Both the position numbers and the translations under genes were made by a program. The notes under the pieces are model-generated. The model searched no databases, was not told where the DNA came from, and was given only the letters and a program-made list of their open reading frames with translations. A stretch of 46,914 nt of DNA from Patescibacteria group bacterium (lineage in GTDB: Bacteria > Patescibacteriota > Patescibacteriia > WFTA01 > S139-112): the NCBI GenBank assembly GCA_015485715.1, contig WFTA01000039.1, positions 1-46,914 on the forward strand, read 5' to 3'. Positions 9,519-20,535 of this stretch are shown one piece after another (positions within the stretch are counted from its first letter, which is position 1; the number at the start of each line of letters is the position of its first letter).

Positions 9519-10409
9519 TTATTGGGTCATACTTCTTAAAGCTGCTATCCTTTCTTCTACAGGGGGATGGGTGGAGAGCAGTTTGTAAAACCAATTTTTA
9601 GCTTTCCTGCCAAAAGGACTTGATATATAAAGGTGGGCAATAGCTGCATTGGAATTTTTTATCTCTGAATTTCCCGCTATCTTTTCCAATGCCCTTGCTA
9701 GGCCCTCAGGATACCGTGTAAGCATTGCTGCTGACGCGTCTGCTAAAAACTCTCTTTTTCTGGATACAGCAAGCTTAATCAGCTCAGCAAACACAGGAGC
9801 AAATACTATCATAACAATTCCTACAATAAGTGCAAGAGAATTAGAATTCTCTGAATTCCGTCTCCCTCCAAAGAAAATCCCCCACCTAAATACATAATCA
9901 GCAATGATTACTACTATACCAGCTAAAACTGCTACAATACTCATAACCCTTATATCATAGTTTTTTATATGCGACAATTCATGAGCTATAACTCCTTCCA
10001 ATTCTTCATTTTCGAGATTTTCTATTATACCAGATGTTAAAGCAATTGAAGAGTGAGCTGGATCACGTCCGGTTGCGAATGCATTCATGGCAGATGTGGG
10101 AATAATATAAATTTTAGGCATTGGAAGACCTGCTGTAATACACAGATTCTCAACCATTCTGTAAACATAAGGATTATCTTCCTTTTTTATGGGTCCTCTA
10201 GCGCCTGACAAAGATAAAGCAATCTTATCTGAATAATAATAACTCCCTAAACTTGATAATATAGAAAATATAAAGGCAGTAATGACTATGGTGGTAACAT
10301 TGCCACCCGAAACTACTGCTGCTGCATAGGCAACACCTATTACTACAATTATAAATATAAAGATTAAAATATTTGTCTTTAATTTGTTTCTGTATATTTG
10401 ACTATACAT
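9519..10409 (-). CDS. htpX: M48 zinc metalloprotease HtpX
   Basis: 296 aa. HExxH motif (HELSHIKNYD) between hydrophobic helices, with typical HtpX architecture. Confidence 0.85.
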   Translation of the reverse strand: MYSQIYRNKLKTNILIFIFIIVVIGVAYAAAVVSGGNVTTIVITAFIFSILSSLGSYYYSDKIALSLSGARGPIKKEDNPYVYRMVENLCITAGLPMPKIYIIPTSAMNAFATGRDPAHSSIALTSGIIENLENEELEGVIAHELSHIKNYDIRVMSIVAVLAGIVVIIADYVFRWGIFFGGRRNSENSNSLALIVGIVMIVFAPVFAELIKLAVSRKREFLADASAAMLTRYPEGLARALEKIAGNSEIKNSNAAIAHLYISSPFGRKAKNWFYKLLSTHPPVEERIAALRSMTQ

Positions 10410-10421
10410 ATGTAAATTATA

Positions 10422-12707
10422 CTACATTTTATCCTCCTCTGTCAAGACAAAATCGCATTCTTTACTTGAACACTTTATTGCTTTTTTACCTTCAACAAGG
10501 ATGGAAGAACATTTAGGACATTTTTTATCTATGGGTTTGTCCCAAACAGCAAACCTGCAATCAGGATATCTGCTACAGGCATAAAACACTTTCTTTCTTC
10601 TGGTTGTCTTTGCTACAATTTCACCGTCACCGCACTCAGGACACTTAATATCAAGAGACTTACTATTGTTCTGAATGTATTTGCATTCAGGATAACCTGA
10701 ACAAGCTACAAATACACCATATCTGCTTCTTTTCCTAATAAGATCTTTGCCACACTCAGGACAAGATCCCAAATCTTCTTGATTTTCTTCATCCTCACCA
10801 TTATTAATCTGTTTAGTATTTTTACATTCAGGAAAATTTGAACAGGCCATAAACTTACCATACCTTCCAAATTTTATCACCATTCTGCTTCCGCACTTCT
10901 CACAAACCTCATCTGTCTCTTCTTGTAAATCTTTTTTAGATACTGATTCCTCTTTTTCCTTAAGATGCTTGGAGAAAGGAGTATAAAATTCCTCTATAAC
11001 CCCCTTCCACTCCTTATCTCCAACTGCTATCATGTCAAGCTCATCCTCCATTTTAGCTGTAAATTTATAATCAACAATCTCTGGAAAATGCTCAACCAGT
11101 ATTTTACTGACAACCTCTCCCATTTCAGTGGGCTTTAAGTTTCTACCTTCTTTGATAACATATCCCCTCTCCTGAATTGTAGATATGATAGATGCATAGG
11201 TAGACGGTCTTCCTATACCAAGCTCTTCCAGCTTTTTGACCAATGATGCCTCTGTATATCTGGCCGGTGGTTTTGTGAAATGCTGAATAGCCAAAATTGT
11301 ATCTGCATATACTTTTTCCCCTTCTTTTAAATCTGGTAAAATTTTCTCCTTTGACTGAACTGGATATACTTTCATAAAACCGTCAAATTTTATAGTCTGA
11401 CCAGTAGCCCTAAATGTATACTCCCCTGCCTGAATATCTACACCTACTGAATTAAGCTGAGCTTTTTCCATCTGGCTGGCAATTGCCCTTTGCCAGATAA
11501 GCTTGTAAAGCTTGTACTGCTTATCATTTAAATACTGTTTAATTTCGTCAGGATGTAAGGAGACACTGGTGGGCCTGATGGCCTCATGAGCTTCCTGAGC
11601 ATTCTTAACTTTTGTCTTATACTTAACCGCTTTTTCAGGAAGATATTTCTCTCCAAAATTATTTTTGATATATTCCCTCGCATCTGAAATAAACTTATCC
11701 GACAAATTCACAGAATCTGTTCTCATATATGTTATAAGCCCTGTCTGTCCCATATCTCCCAGTTCCACTCCTTCATAAAGCTGTTGAGCTATGTACATAG
11801 TCTGCTTAGCTGAAAAACCCAAAAGCTGGTTGGCGGCCTGTTGAAGTGTTGATGTAATAAAAGGTGCAGGAGCGGACTTTTGCGTTATTTTTCTATCTAC
11901 TTTAACTATCTTAAAATCATTATCTTTAATTTCTGATACAACCTTTTCAACCTCTTCCCTTGTTTTAAGTCCAAGCTTATCAAGAGTTTTGTCTTTTATC
12001 TTGGAAAGTTTAGCAGTAAACTGGCCTTCTTTTTCCTTTATTTTATCCTTTTCCTCATCTTCTTTTAAAATAGATATCTTTATCTCAGAACTCTCTTTAT
12101 CTTTGGAAAGGAGCACATCAACACTCCAGTATTCCTCTGGTTTAAATTTTTTAATCTCCTCCTCTTTTTCAACTATAAGCCTGAGAGCTGCTGACTGGAC
12201 TCTGCCCGCAGAGAGTCCTTTGGCAACTTTTTTCCACAAAAAGGGAGAAAGATTATATCCTACCAGCCTGTCCAGTATACGACGTGCCTGCTGAGCATCT
12301 ACAAGCTTCATATCTATATCTCTTGATGATTTAAGTGCCTCTAAAATAGCTTCTTTAGTAATCTCATGAAAGGTAATTCTTTTAATCTCTTTCTTATTTT
12401 TATTAAGATTGAGTACCTCATATAAATGCCATGCAATTGCTTCTCCTTCCCTGTCTGCATCTGTCGCAAATATAACTTCATCTGCACCAGCTACCAGCTT
12501 TTTTAAATTATTTACCACCTTTCTCTTGTCAGGCGGAATAACATACTGGGGTTTAAAAGAATCGTCTAAATCAACTCCCAGCTTTGTCTTGGGTAAATCC
12601 CTGATATGTCCATATGAAGATTCAACTACAAAATCCTTATCTACATACTTTGATATAGTCTTGGCTTTTGTAGGTGACTCAACAATCAATATCTTTTTTC
12701 CTGCCAT
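10422..12707 (-). CDS. topA: DNA topoisomerase I (type IA) with four C-terminal C4 zinc ribbons
   Basis: 761 aa. TOPRIM region (ILIVESPTKAKTI, DADREGEAIAWH), catalytic Tyr context GLITYMRTDS, and four CxxC...CxxC modules. Confidence 0.93.
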   Translation of the reverse strand: MAGKKILIVESPTKAKTISKYVDKDFVVESSYGHIRDLPKTKLGVDLDDSFKPQYVIPPDKRKVVNNLKKLVAGADEVIFATDADREGEAIAWHLYEVLNLNKNKKEIKRITFHEITKEAILEALKSSRDIDMKLVDAQQARRILDRLVGYNLSPFLWKKVAKGLSAGRVQSAALRLIVEKEEEIKKFKPEEYWSVDVLLSKDKESSEIKISILKEDEEKDKIKEKEGQFTAKLSKIKDKTLDKLGLKTREEVEKVVSEIKDNDFKIVKVDRKITQKSAPAPFITSTLQQAANQLLGFSAKQTMYIAQQLYEGVELGDMGQTGLITYMRTDSVNLSDKFISDAREYIKNNFGEKYLPEKAVKYKTKVKNAQEAHEAIRPTSVSLHPDEIKQYLNDKQYKLYKLIWQRAIASQMEKAQLNSVGVDIQAGEYTFRATGQTIKFDGFMKVYPVQSKEKILPDLKEGEKVYADTILAIQHFTKPPARYTEASLVKKLEELGIGRPSTYASIISTIQERGYVIKEGRNLKPTEMGEVVSKILVEHFPEIVDYKFTAKMEDELDMIAVGDKEWKGVIEEFYTPFSKHLKEKEESVSKKDLQEETDEVCEKCGSRMVIKFGRYGKFMACSNFPECKNTKQINNGEDEENQEDLGSCPECGKDLIRKRSRYGVFVACSGYPECKYIQNNSKSLDIKCPECGDGEIVAKTTRRKKVFYACSRYPDCRFAVWDKPIDKKCPKCSSILVEGKKAIKCSSKECDFVLTEEDKM

Positions 12708-12767
12708 AAAAAGTAAATTAATAACATTGCTTTTTATTATAATTACAAAAAGTTTATTGTCAAATTG

Positions 12768-13853
12768 CTACCTGTTAAGTGCATAATACATACCTGAAGT
12801 ATTGACAATTTTTCCTTTCAACTGCATAGAAATAAGTAAAGAATTTATTTCGTTTACAGGTAAATTTGTCTTTCTGGCTATATCATCTACATGGAGTGAA
12901 TTTTCATTTCTCAAAACATCAATCACTACTGCTTCCTGCTCATTATCAGGGATTACTTCTCTAGCCTGCCTGTGAAGCGATACTCTTTTTATATTTAAAT
13001 ATTCAATAATGTCCTCATATGAAGTTAAAGGTATTGCTCCCTGCCTGATAAGCAAATTTGTGCCGCGGGACTGGGAAGAAAATATAGATCCGGGAAGAGC
13101 AAAAACATCACGGCCATACTCCAAAGCTGCCTTAGCTGTGATAAGAGATCCTGATGAAGTATCTGCCTCTATTACAGCTACTGCTTTTGAAAAACCTGCT
13201 ATAACCCTGTTTCTATACGGAAAATTTGATTTATAGCCGGGAATACCGGGTGCAAACTCTGACATTATAAGACCGCCTTCTTCTATAATTTTTTCTGCAA
13301 GTCTTGTGTGTGACGAAGGGTATATCTTATCAAGACCTGAACCAAGCACTGCTATGGTTCTTTTGTGTTTTTCAACACATACCCTGTGCGCATATCCGTC
13401 CACACCCAAAGCCAGTCCTGACACAATAGTAATGTTGTACTGCAAAAGCCCTTCCACTATAGATCTGGTTGCCTGTCTGCCATAAGGAGTTATCTTGCGT
13501 GTCCCTACTATAGATATTGACCAATTGTCATAATCACTGGATAAAATACCTTTATAATAAAAAACTACGGGAGAATCAGACAATTCTTTCAAATTAGACG
13601 GATAATCTTCATCATCAAGACATACAGCTTTTAAATTGTATTTCTCCAGAAGTTCAATTTCATGATCAGGATCTATATTTTTCTTTTCTCTCCAAAATTT
13701 ATTTACAATACTTTCAGGCAGTCCACATCTGATGTACCCAGACTTTTCACTTTCCCAAGCTTGTTTTATATCTCCAAAATAATTTAATATCTGCCTGATC
13801 CTAAGAGCACCCAGATACTGAGATCTATTGAAAGCAAGATAATATTTAAGCAT
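12768..13853 (-). CDS. dprA: DNA-processing protein DprA (Smf)
   Basis: 361 aa. Rossmann-like core with SGLALGVDGYAHR and a C-terminal winged-helix-like tail. The dprA-topA adjacency is a common arrangement. Confidence 0.85.
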   Translation of the reverse strand: MLKYYLAFNRSQYLGALRIRQILNYFGDIKQAWESEKSGYIRCGLPESIVNKFWREKKNIDPDHEIELLEKYNLKAVCLDDEDYPSNLKELSDSPVVFYYKGILSSDYDNWSISIVGTRKITPYGRQATRSIVEGLLQYNITIVSGLALGVDGYAHRVCVEKHKRTIAVLGSGLDKIYPSSHTRLAEKIIEEGGLIMSEFAPGIPGYKSNFPYRNRVIAGFSKAVAVIEADTSSGSLITAKAALEYGRDVFALPGSIFSSQSRGTNLLIRQGAIPLTSYEDIIEYLNIKRVSLHRQAREVIPDNEQEAVVIDVLRNENSLHVDDIARKTNLPVNEINSLLISMQLKGKIVNTSGMYYALNR

Positions 13854-13858
13854 AGAAA

Positions 13859-15292
13859 CTAATAATCTTTAAGCTTGTTCATACCTGTATGCTCCTGTAT
13901 CTTCTCTAATACTTTGGCTTCTATTTGCCTGATTCTTTCTCTGGTAACACCAAACTCCTGTCCCACCTCCTCCAGTGTGTGATTAATGCCATCTGAAAGC
14001 CCAAATCTCATATCTATAATCTTTTGTTCACGAGGTGATAAATCTTTGATAATCTCCTGAACATGATCTTTCAAAAGCTGAAGAGCAGCAAACTTAGAAG
14101 GAGACAACGAATCATCATCTTTGATAAAATCAACCAGTTTTGCAGAATCATCACTCTTGGTATCACCTATAGCTGCCTCTAAAGATACAGTCTCTTGTGA
14201 TATATTTATAATATGTAGTATTTTTTCAAGAGGTTCACCCATCTCAGCTGCTATTTCTTCAGGAAGTGCTTCTCTTCCTAAATCCTGCAGGAGTTTTCTC
14301 TGAACCTGTTTAAACTTGTTTATAGTCTCTACCATGTGGACAGGTATTCTGATTGTTCTTGACTGATCAGCAAGCGCTCTATTTACTGCCTGTTTTATCC
14401 ACCAAGTAGCATAGGTAGAGAATTTATAACCTCTTCTGTAATCAAACTTTTCAACAGCCTTAAAAAGCCCAATATTCCCCTCTTGAATCAAGTCAAGAAG
14501 CGTCATACCGCCTCTTCCAACAAATTTCTTGGCAATAGATACAACTAACCTCAAATTTGCCTCTATCAACTTATTAAATGCAAGAACATCTCCTTTCTCT
14601 TTTGCCTTTGCAAGCTGCATCTCTTCTTCTGCTGTCAAAAGAGGGATCTTACCTATATCTCTGAGATACATCTGGATAGAGTCATCTGAAATATCAGACA
14701 AATCATACTTGGTCATTATATCAGGTATTTTGTCAATAATGCTTTGAATGGAAGGAGATGAAGACGGAAGTGAAACAGATGCACCCTTCTTCCTATTGCG
14801 TGTATAATCAAGAATACTAATTTCTCCCTCTATTAACTGAACATTATTTACTTCCAAAAGATCGAGTAGCTCTGAATATAAATCAAGATACTCCTCTACC
14901 TCTGGCAATGTATAAAGTACTTCATCTTCTGTAACAAATCCTCTCTGTCTTCCTTTTTGAACAAGATTTTTGATAGCCTGTCTTAACTCCTCTTCCTTTT
15001 CTTTTGTTAAAACAAATTTAACAGACTTATCTGCTTTTTTCACAGGCTTTGTCTTTTTGGAGGTTGTTTTTTTGGTGGTTGTTTTGGTAGAAGAAATTTG
15101 TCTCTTAGTCTTCACTGATTTCTTCATGGCTTTTTTTGTTGTTTTTACTTTCTTTACTGTTTTTTTAATCTGCTTTTTTGCTGTTTTTTTAACACTCTTA
15201 CTCCTGGAAGCAGTTTTTTTAGTAGCAGACTTTTTTGCAGTTGTTTTCTTCCTTCCTGATGTGGATTGTTTTTTATCCGACTTTTTGGGCAT
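13859..15292 (-). CDS. rpoD: Primary-type sigma-70 factor with a Lys-rich N-terminal tail
   Basis: Region 2 ([14 protein letters not shown]), region 3, and region 4.2 ([20 protein letters not shown]). The track start at 15343 is GTG, so I prefer the ATG at 15292 (MPKKSDKK...). Confidence 0.88.
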   Translation of the reverse strand: MPKKSDKKQSTSGRKKTTAKKSATKKTASRSKSVKKTAKKQIKKTVKKVKTTKKAMKKSVKTKRQISSTKTTTKKTTSKKTKPVKKADKSVKFVLTKEKEEELRQAIKNLVQKGRQRGFVTEDEVLYTLPEVEEYLDLYSELLDLLEVNNVQLIEGEISILDYTRNRKKGASVSLPSSSPSIQSIIDKIPDIMTKYDLSDISDDSIQMYLRDIGKIPLLTAEEEMQLAKAKEKGDVLAFNKLIEANLRLVVSIAKKFVGRGGMTLLDLIQEGNIGLFKAVEKFDYRRGYKFSTYATWWIKQAVNRALADQSRTIRIPVHMVETINKFKQVQRKLLQDLGREALPEEIAAEMGEPLEKILHIINISQETVSLEAAIGDTKSDDSAKLVDFIKDDDSLSPSKFAALQLLKDHVQEIIKDLSPREQKIIDMRFGLSDGINHTLEEVGQEFGVTRERIRQIEAKVLEKIQEHTGMNKLKDY

Positions 15293-15387
15293 AAAAAATA
15301 ATTTAATTATAAAAATATCTAAGAGTACATTATCTGTATACACTATACTATATTAAACAGCAAAACAATAAAAAGGTTTCATAAATA

Positions 15388-17127
15388 CTATGAAAGACTT
15401 TTTTTATCCACCTCCCTTATTTTTAAAGTTATCTCTGAGATTTGATTAAGCAAATTATCTATCATCTCTTTTTGTCTGTATTCTTCTGCTTTTTCCAGTT
15501 TTTTTGTCAAATTCTTAAGACGGGAAGACAAAACATTCTTTATCCTGCCTTTGATAAGGTTTGATATTTCAATTTTTGCCTCTTTTTCTGTCATCTCATG
15601 ATATTCTTTTTCAATAATCATCTCATATTCAGGATAGTCTTCTGGTTTGTCCTGATTTATTAGTTTTGTATAAATATCTTTATCCTGCTCTCTAATATAC
15701 TTTGAAAATCCAAACACCTCCTCTACTTCGCCGGCCAAAGATGGAAATCTAATCAACAGTGCTATAATGTAATCATCTGCAGATACTGCTTTTTGTCTAC
15801 TAATATTTGTAGTATTTATCTGGTCTTCCTCTATAAACACCTTTTGTGACTTTAACCTTTGAATACTCTCCTGAATGAATGCAGGATCTATATCCATTTT
15901 ATCACTCAAAATATTTATATACTTTTGTTTGTCCAGAGGATTGGGTAAAGATTTAATAAGAGGAAATACTTCATCTTGTATCTTTTTCTGTCCTTCAGAA
16001 GATTTTAAATCAAATCCGTCTTTCCCTTCTATCAAATATATAAAATAGTCTATCACAGGTATAATATTTTCTGCAGACTTCCGCCAAGCACTCTCATCTT
16101 CCCGCACAACATCTGCCGGATCCTTGCCAATTGATACGTCAAGTACGCCAACTTCAAATCCATACTGCCATGCTCCCATCACGGACCTTTTAAGAGCAGA
16201 TCTTCCAGCTTCATCCTGATCAAAACAAAAAACAATCTGATGTGCAAATCTCTTTAAAAGTTTCAGCTGGTGTGATGTAAAAGCTGTACCAGATGATGCT
16301 ACTACATTGCAAACTCCTGCCTGATGCGACATTACCACATCCATATTACCTTCAACTACTATCACATATCCTTTATCCCTAATTGATTCTTTTGCAAAAT
16401 TAAGCCCAAAAAATATATTTGATTTATGGTATATAGGCGTCTCAGGGGTATTAATATATTTGCCGCCGTATTTTTCTACTCCTTCTTTATCAGGCATGAG
16501 TCTGCCTGTAAATCCAACCACAAGGTTATGCTCGTTATAAATCGGAAACATAATCCTCTCTCTGAATCTGTCATAAAACTCCTGCTCTCCTTTTGCTACC
16601 ACCAAACCTGACTGAATGATAAATCTGGAATTATGCCTTTGAGAAAGATATTTGGAAAGATTATTCCAGCCGGCAGGAGCAAAGCCTATGTGAAATTTTT
16701 TAATAATCTCATCTTTGACTCCTCTGTCTCTTAAATAAGCAAGGGCTTTTTCCCCTTCTGTAGACCAAAGTTTAGACTCAAAAAAATTAAGGGCATCAGA
16801 TAGAATATCCTGTAATTTTACCTTTACATCCTTCTTGACTCCTGAATATCCTGACAATTCAATACCTGCCTTCTGAGCCAGTATCTTCAAAGCCTCTGCA
16901 AACTCAACATTCTCAATCTTTTCAATAAATCTGATTACATCCCCGCCCTCACCACAACCAAAACATTTAAAAATCTGTTTTGCCGGATGAACCATAAACG
17001 ACGGTGTTTTCTCCTGATGAAACGGACACAGAGCCTTCAAACTGCTCCCTGCGGGCTTTAACTGTAAATACTCTCCTATTACATCCACTATGTCCAAGCG
17101 TGACTTTATTTTATCAATGTCATTCAT
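15388..17127 (-). CDS. dnaG: DNA primase
   Basis: 579 aa. Zinc-binding CPFHQEKTPSF...CFGCGEGGD and TOPRIM motifs (VVVEGNMDV, DQDEAG). Lies upstream of rpoD, as in the classical dnaG-rpoD operon. Confidence 0.92.
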   Translation of the reverse strand: MNDIDKIKSRLDIVDVIGEYLQLKPAGSSLKALCPFHQEKTPSFMVHPAKQIFKCFGCGEGGDVIRFIEKIENVEFAEALKILAQKAGIELSGYSGVKKDVKVKLQDILSDALNFFESKLWSTEGEKALAYLRDRGVKDEIIKKFHIGFAPAGWNNLSKYLSQRHNSRFIIQSGLVVAKGEQEFYDRFRERIMFPIYNEHNLVVGFTGRLMPDKEGVEKYGGKYINTPETPIYHKSNIFFGLNFAKESIRDKGYVIVVEGNMDVVMSHQAGVCNVVASSGTAFTSHQLKLLKRFAHQIVFCFDQDEAGRSALKRSVMGAWQYGFEVGVLDVSIGKDPADVVREDESAWRKSAENIIPVIDYFIYLIEGKDGFDLKSSEGQKKIQDEVFPLIKSLPNPLDKQKYINILSDKMDIDPAFIQESIQRLKSQKVFIEEDQINTTNISRQKAVSADDYIIALLIRFPSLAGEVEEVFGFSKYIREQDKDIYTKLINQDKPEDYPEYEMIIEKEYHEMTEKEAKIEISNLIKGRIKNVLSSRLKNLTKKLEKAEEYRQKEMIDNLLNQISEITLKIREVDKKSLS

Positions 17128-17169
17128 ACCTTATCTATATAACACAAAAAATAAATAAAATCAAAATGG

Positions 17170-17198
17170 TTGATTTTTGTAAAAAAATATTGTATCAT
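17170..17198 (+). promoter_or_regulatory. Candidate sigma-70 promoter for rel (TTGATT-N17-TATCAT)
   Basis: Hexamers read directly from the sequence, ~47 nt upstream of the ATG at 17245. No experimental support. Confidence 0.35.
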
Positions 17199-17244
17199 AT
17201 TGAGCAATTAAAAATATGAACAAACGACACATAGATATTAATAT

Positions 17245-18729
17245 ATGAATATAGAAGATTTAAAACAAATTATAAAAAAGAGAGGGGTAAAGATAGATGA
17301 GACCCTGCTTGAATATGCCTATGAATTTGCATCTGAAGCACACAAGGGCCAGAAAAGGCTGACAGGAGAAGATTATATACAGCATCCATTAAGAGTGAGT
17401 TATAAACTCGCAGAAATAGGTGTTGATCAGGATACCATAATAGCAGGATTACTGCATGATGTCCCTGAAGATACAGACAAAACTATAGAAGATATCGAAA
17501 AAGAATTTGGAAAGGACATATCATTTATGGTCGAAGGTATTACCAAACTGGGGAAGGTTAAATACAGGGGCATAGACAGGTTTGTAGAAAATCTAAGGAA
17601 AATGTTTGTTGCTATGGCAGAAGATATCAGGGTTGTGTTTATAAAATTTGCTGACAGGCTCGATAACCTAAATACTCTTCATATACTTCCTCCAAACAAG
17701 CAGAAAAGAATTGCAAGAGAGACAATCGAGATATATGCTCCTATTGCAGCACGCCTTGGTATAGGTGTTCTTAAGGGAGAGCTTGAAGACAAAGCATTTC
17801 CATATGCATATCCTGAAGAATACAAATGGTTAATGCAAACAATAGGAGACGAAAAAGAGAAACAACAAAAAATAGTCAATGAATATATTAAAAGAACAAA
17901 TGAACTGCTTCGCGCAAATAATATAAATGACTATTACATAGACGGTAGAGTAAAACACAATTACTCTCTTTATAAAAAATTAATGAGACCAAAATACAAT
18001 AAAGATATAAACAAAATATATGATCTTGTTGCATTAAGGATTATCGTCAATACTGTAGAAGAATGTTATCTAGTATTAGGGCTTATACATAACCAATGGA
18101 AACCAATGCCAGAAAGGTTCAAAGACTATATAGCCCAACCCAAACCAAATGGTTACCAGTCACTGCATACAGTTATTTTCACCTATAGTAAACACCCCAT
18201 GGAATTTCAAATAAGAACTAAAGAAATGCACGAAATTGCAGAATACGGAATTGCTGCTCACTTTCACTACAAAGAAAGTGGAGAAAAATATGCACCAAAA
18301 ATAAGGGAAGAACAACTGGAATGGCTCAAACAGCTAAAAAGAATACAGAAAGAAATAAAAGAAAATGACAAACTTCTGGAGACTATAAAGCTTGACATCT
18401 TTCAAAACAGGATTTTTGTCTTCACACCTGAAGGAGATGTAGTTGATCTTCCGGAAGAAGCAACTCCTATAGATTTTGCCTATCATATACATACTTATTT
18501 AGGCGACCATTTTGGAGGGGCAATAGTAAACGGCAAAAAAACGTCAGAAGATACACACCTTAAAAGCGGGGATGTGGTAGAGATAATAGTAAACAAAAAC
18601 AGGAAAAGTCCAGAAGAAGAATGGCTTGATATTGTCAAAACCCATACAGCAAGAAGCAAAATAAAAAGCGCATTAAGCAAACAAAAAAGAAATGTTATCA
18701 AAAGGCTTATCTCAAAAGATAACATCTAA
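17245..18729 (+). CDS. rel: Short bifunctional RelA/SpoT homolog (HD hydrolase + synthetase + TGS; no ACT/RRM end)
   Basis: 494 aa. HD region (HPLRVS...LLHDVPEDT), synthetase motifs (YDLVALRIIV, PNGYQSLHTVI, EFQIRTKEMH), and a TGS-like IFVFTPEGDVVDLPEEATPIDFAYHIH. Confidence 0.88.
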   Translation: MNIEDLKQIIKKRGVKIDETLLEYAYEFASEAHKGQKRLTGEDYIQHPLRVSYKLAEIGVDQDTIIAGLLHDVPEDTDKTIEDIEKEFGKDISFMVEGITKLGKVKYRGIDRFVENLRKMFVAMAEDIRVVFIKFADRLDNLNTLHILPPNKQKRIARETIEIYAPIAARLGIGVLKGELEDKAFPYAYPEEYKWLMQTIGDEKEKQQKIVNEYIKRTNELLRANNINDYYIDGRVKHNYSLYKKLMRPKYNKDINKIYDLVALRIIVNTVEECYLVLGLIHNQWKPMPERFKDYIAQPKPNGYQSLHTVIFTYSKHPMEFQIRTKEMHEIAEYGIAAHFHYKESGEKYAPKIREEQLEWLKQLKRIQKEIKENDKLLETIKLDIFQNRIFVFTPEGDVVDLPEEATPIDFAYHIHTYLGDHFGGAIVNGKKTSEDTHLKSGDVVEIIVNKNRKSPEEEWLDIVKTHTARSKIKSALSKQKRNVIKRLISKDNI

Positions 18730-19658
18730 TCAAGCCTATCCAGTTTTAATATCTTTTCCACTATAGCAGTAAGTTCCTCTCGGGAATATGCCTCTATACT
18801 GATAGTCCATGAAGTAGAACCTTTTTTATTTATTTTTACATTTGTTTTAAACAAACTGGTAAGTCTCTCAGTATAGCTTTTTATTTGTGGATCAACCTTT
18901 ACAGCTGCTTTTCCTGTCCTTGCTTTTCCTTTAGGTATGTATTTCCTAACCAGCATATCTAAATCTGCACGGGACATCTTTTTCTCAGCCGCTTCCTGAG
19001 CCACCTCTACCTGTTTCTCCTTATCAGGGATAGTCATAATAAACACAGCATAAGCTTCAGGCAGCTTGCCTTCTACAATCAGTCTCTGCACTGTTTCAGG
19101 CAAACCCAAAACTCTGATAGTATTGGTAATGACAGGCCTTGATTTTCCCACTTTTCTGGCTATTTCTTCATGAGACATAGAAAACTCATCAGCAAGTTTT
19201 TTATAAGCTAAGGCCCTGTCTACAATATTTAAATCCTCTCTTTGAAGATTTTCTATTAGAGATAACTCCAGCTTTTGAAGTAGACTTGCTGATCTGACAA
19301 TCACAGGAACTTTCTTAAGTTTCAATATTTTAGCTGCCCTCAGTCTTCTCTCTCCTGCAATAAGCTCATACCTGCCTTTACTGATTTCTGTTACAATCAA
19401 GGGCTGAAGAATACCATGCTGACGAATAGACGAAACCAGATCTTGAAGGGATTCCGGAGAAAAATTCCTTCGCGGCTGCTGGGGATTGGGGATAATATCT
19501 TCAGGAGATACCTGCAATACCTTTTGTTCATCATCGCCTAAAATACCTGCCAAACCTTCTGCAGTCAGTGATTCAGATTCCATTATTTCATCCAAGTCTG
19601 AATCATCAGAACTTCCCAAAAGTGATGCAAGTCCTCTTCCCAATGATTTATTTGGCAT
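18726..19658 (-). CDS. parB: Chromosome partitioning protein ParB/Spo0J
   Basis: 310 aa. ParB box GERRLRAAK, LIENLQREDLN, and an HTH region. Confidence 0.88.
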   Translation of the reverse strand: MPNKSLGRGLASLLGSSDDSDLDEIMESESLTAEGLAGILGDDEQKVLQVSPEDIIPNPQQPRRNFSPESLQDLVSSIRQHGILQPLIVTEISKGRYELIAGERRLRAAKILKLKKVPVIVRSASLLQKLELSLIENLQREDLNIVDRALAYKKLADEFSMSHEEIARKVGKSRPVITNTIRVLGLPETVQRLIVEGKLPEAYAVFIMTIPDKEKQVEVAQEAAEKKMSRADLDMLVRKYIPKGKARTGKAAVKVDPQIKSYTERLTSLFKTNVKINKKGSTSWTISIEAYSREELTAIVEKILKLDRLD

Positions 19659-19704
19659 AAATTATGTCTTAATTACACTTGCTTATTATATCACATAATA
19701 CCTG

Positions 19705-20502
19705 CTATCCAAAAATAAACCACTTTGGCTTTTTTTCTTCCTCTTCCAAAGACAATATTTCTTTGGCAAGCCTTTTATAGGCTTTAGCCCCCTTTGATCC
19801 GGGATCATACTCCAAAATGGTCTTGCCAAATGAGGGAGCTTCAGCAAGAGACACTGATCTTGGAATAACAGATTTAAAAATTCTTTCAGGAAAATAGCGA
19901 TACAGCTCATGAAAAACCTCCTGCGACAACTTGTATCTGTCATCATACATTGTCATCACAGCTCCTAAAATATTCAAGTCAGGATGCAGTCTGTTTTTTA
20001 CCAGATTAATAGTATGAAGAAGCTGGGACAATCCTTCCAGAGCATAATACTCAGTCTGCACAGGAATTAAAATACTGTCTGCGGCAGTCAGGGCATTTAT
20101 AGTAAGCATTCCCAGAGAGGGAGGACAGTCTATGATAATATAGTCATAGCTGTGCCTAAGCCCGTCTATCACCTGCCTCAGCCTGTACTCTCTCTTGGCA
20201 ACTCTGACCAGCTCTATATTAGCCCCTGCCAGATCAAGAGTAGCAGGCGCTATCCTGTGGCCGTCTATTCTGGTGCCAATTATAACATCCTTTAGGTGAT
20301 ATCTGCCGACAAGCGCTTCGTATACTCCCTTGTCTATATGGCGGGGATTAAAACCTACTCCTGATGTAGCATTGCCCTGAGGATCAATATCTACAAGCAA
20401 CACAAACTTGCCAAAATGGGCAAGATAAGCAGACAAGTTGACTGCAGTTGTGGTTTTAGCCACTCCTCCCTTCTGGTTTACAATTGCAATTGTTTTGGAC
20501 AT
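19705..20502 (-). CDS. parA: ParA/Soj partition ATPase
   Basis: 265 aa. Deviant Walker A (NQKGGVAKTTT), with typical ParA length and layout. The overlapping ORF 19686..19946 is judged spurious. Confidence 0.9.
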   Translation of the reverse strand: MSKTIAIVNQKGGVAKTTTAVNLSAYLAHFGKFVLLVDIDPQGNATSGVGFNPRHIDKGVYEALVGRYHLKDVIIGTRIDGHRIAPATLDLAGANIELVRVAKREYRLRQVIDGLRHSYDYIIIDCPPSLGMLTINALTAADSILIPVQTEYYALEGLSQLLHTINLVKNRLHPDLNILGAVMTMYDDRYKLSQEVFHELYRYFPERIFKSVIPRSVSLAEAPSFGKTILEYDPGSKGAKAYKRLAKEILSLEEEEKKPKWFIFG

Positions 20503-20535
20503 TATAATAATTTTTAATTTTATAATTTCAAATTT

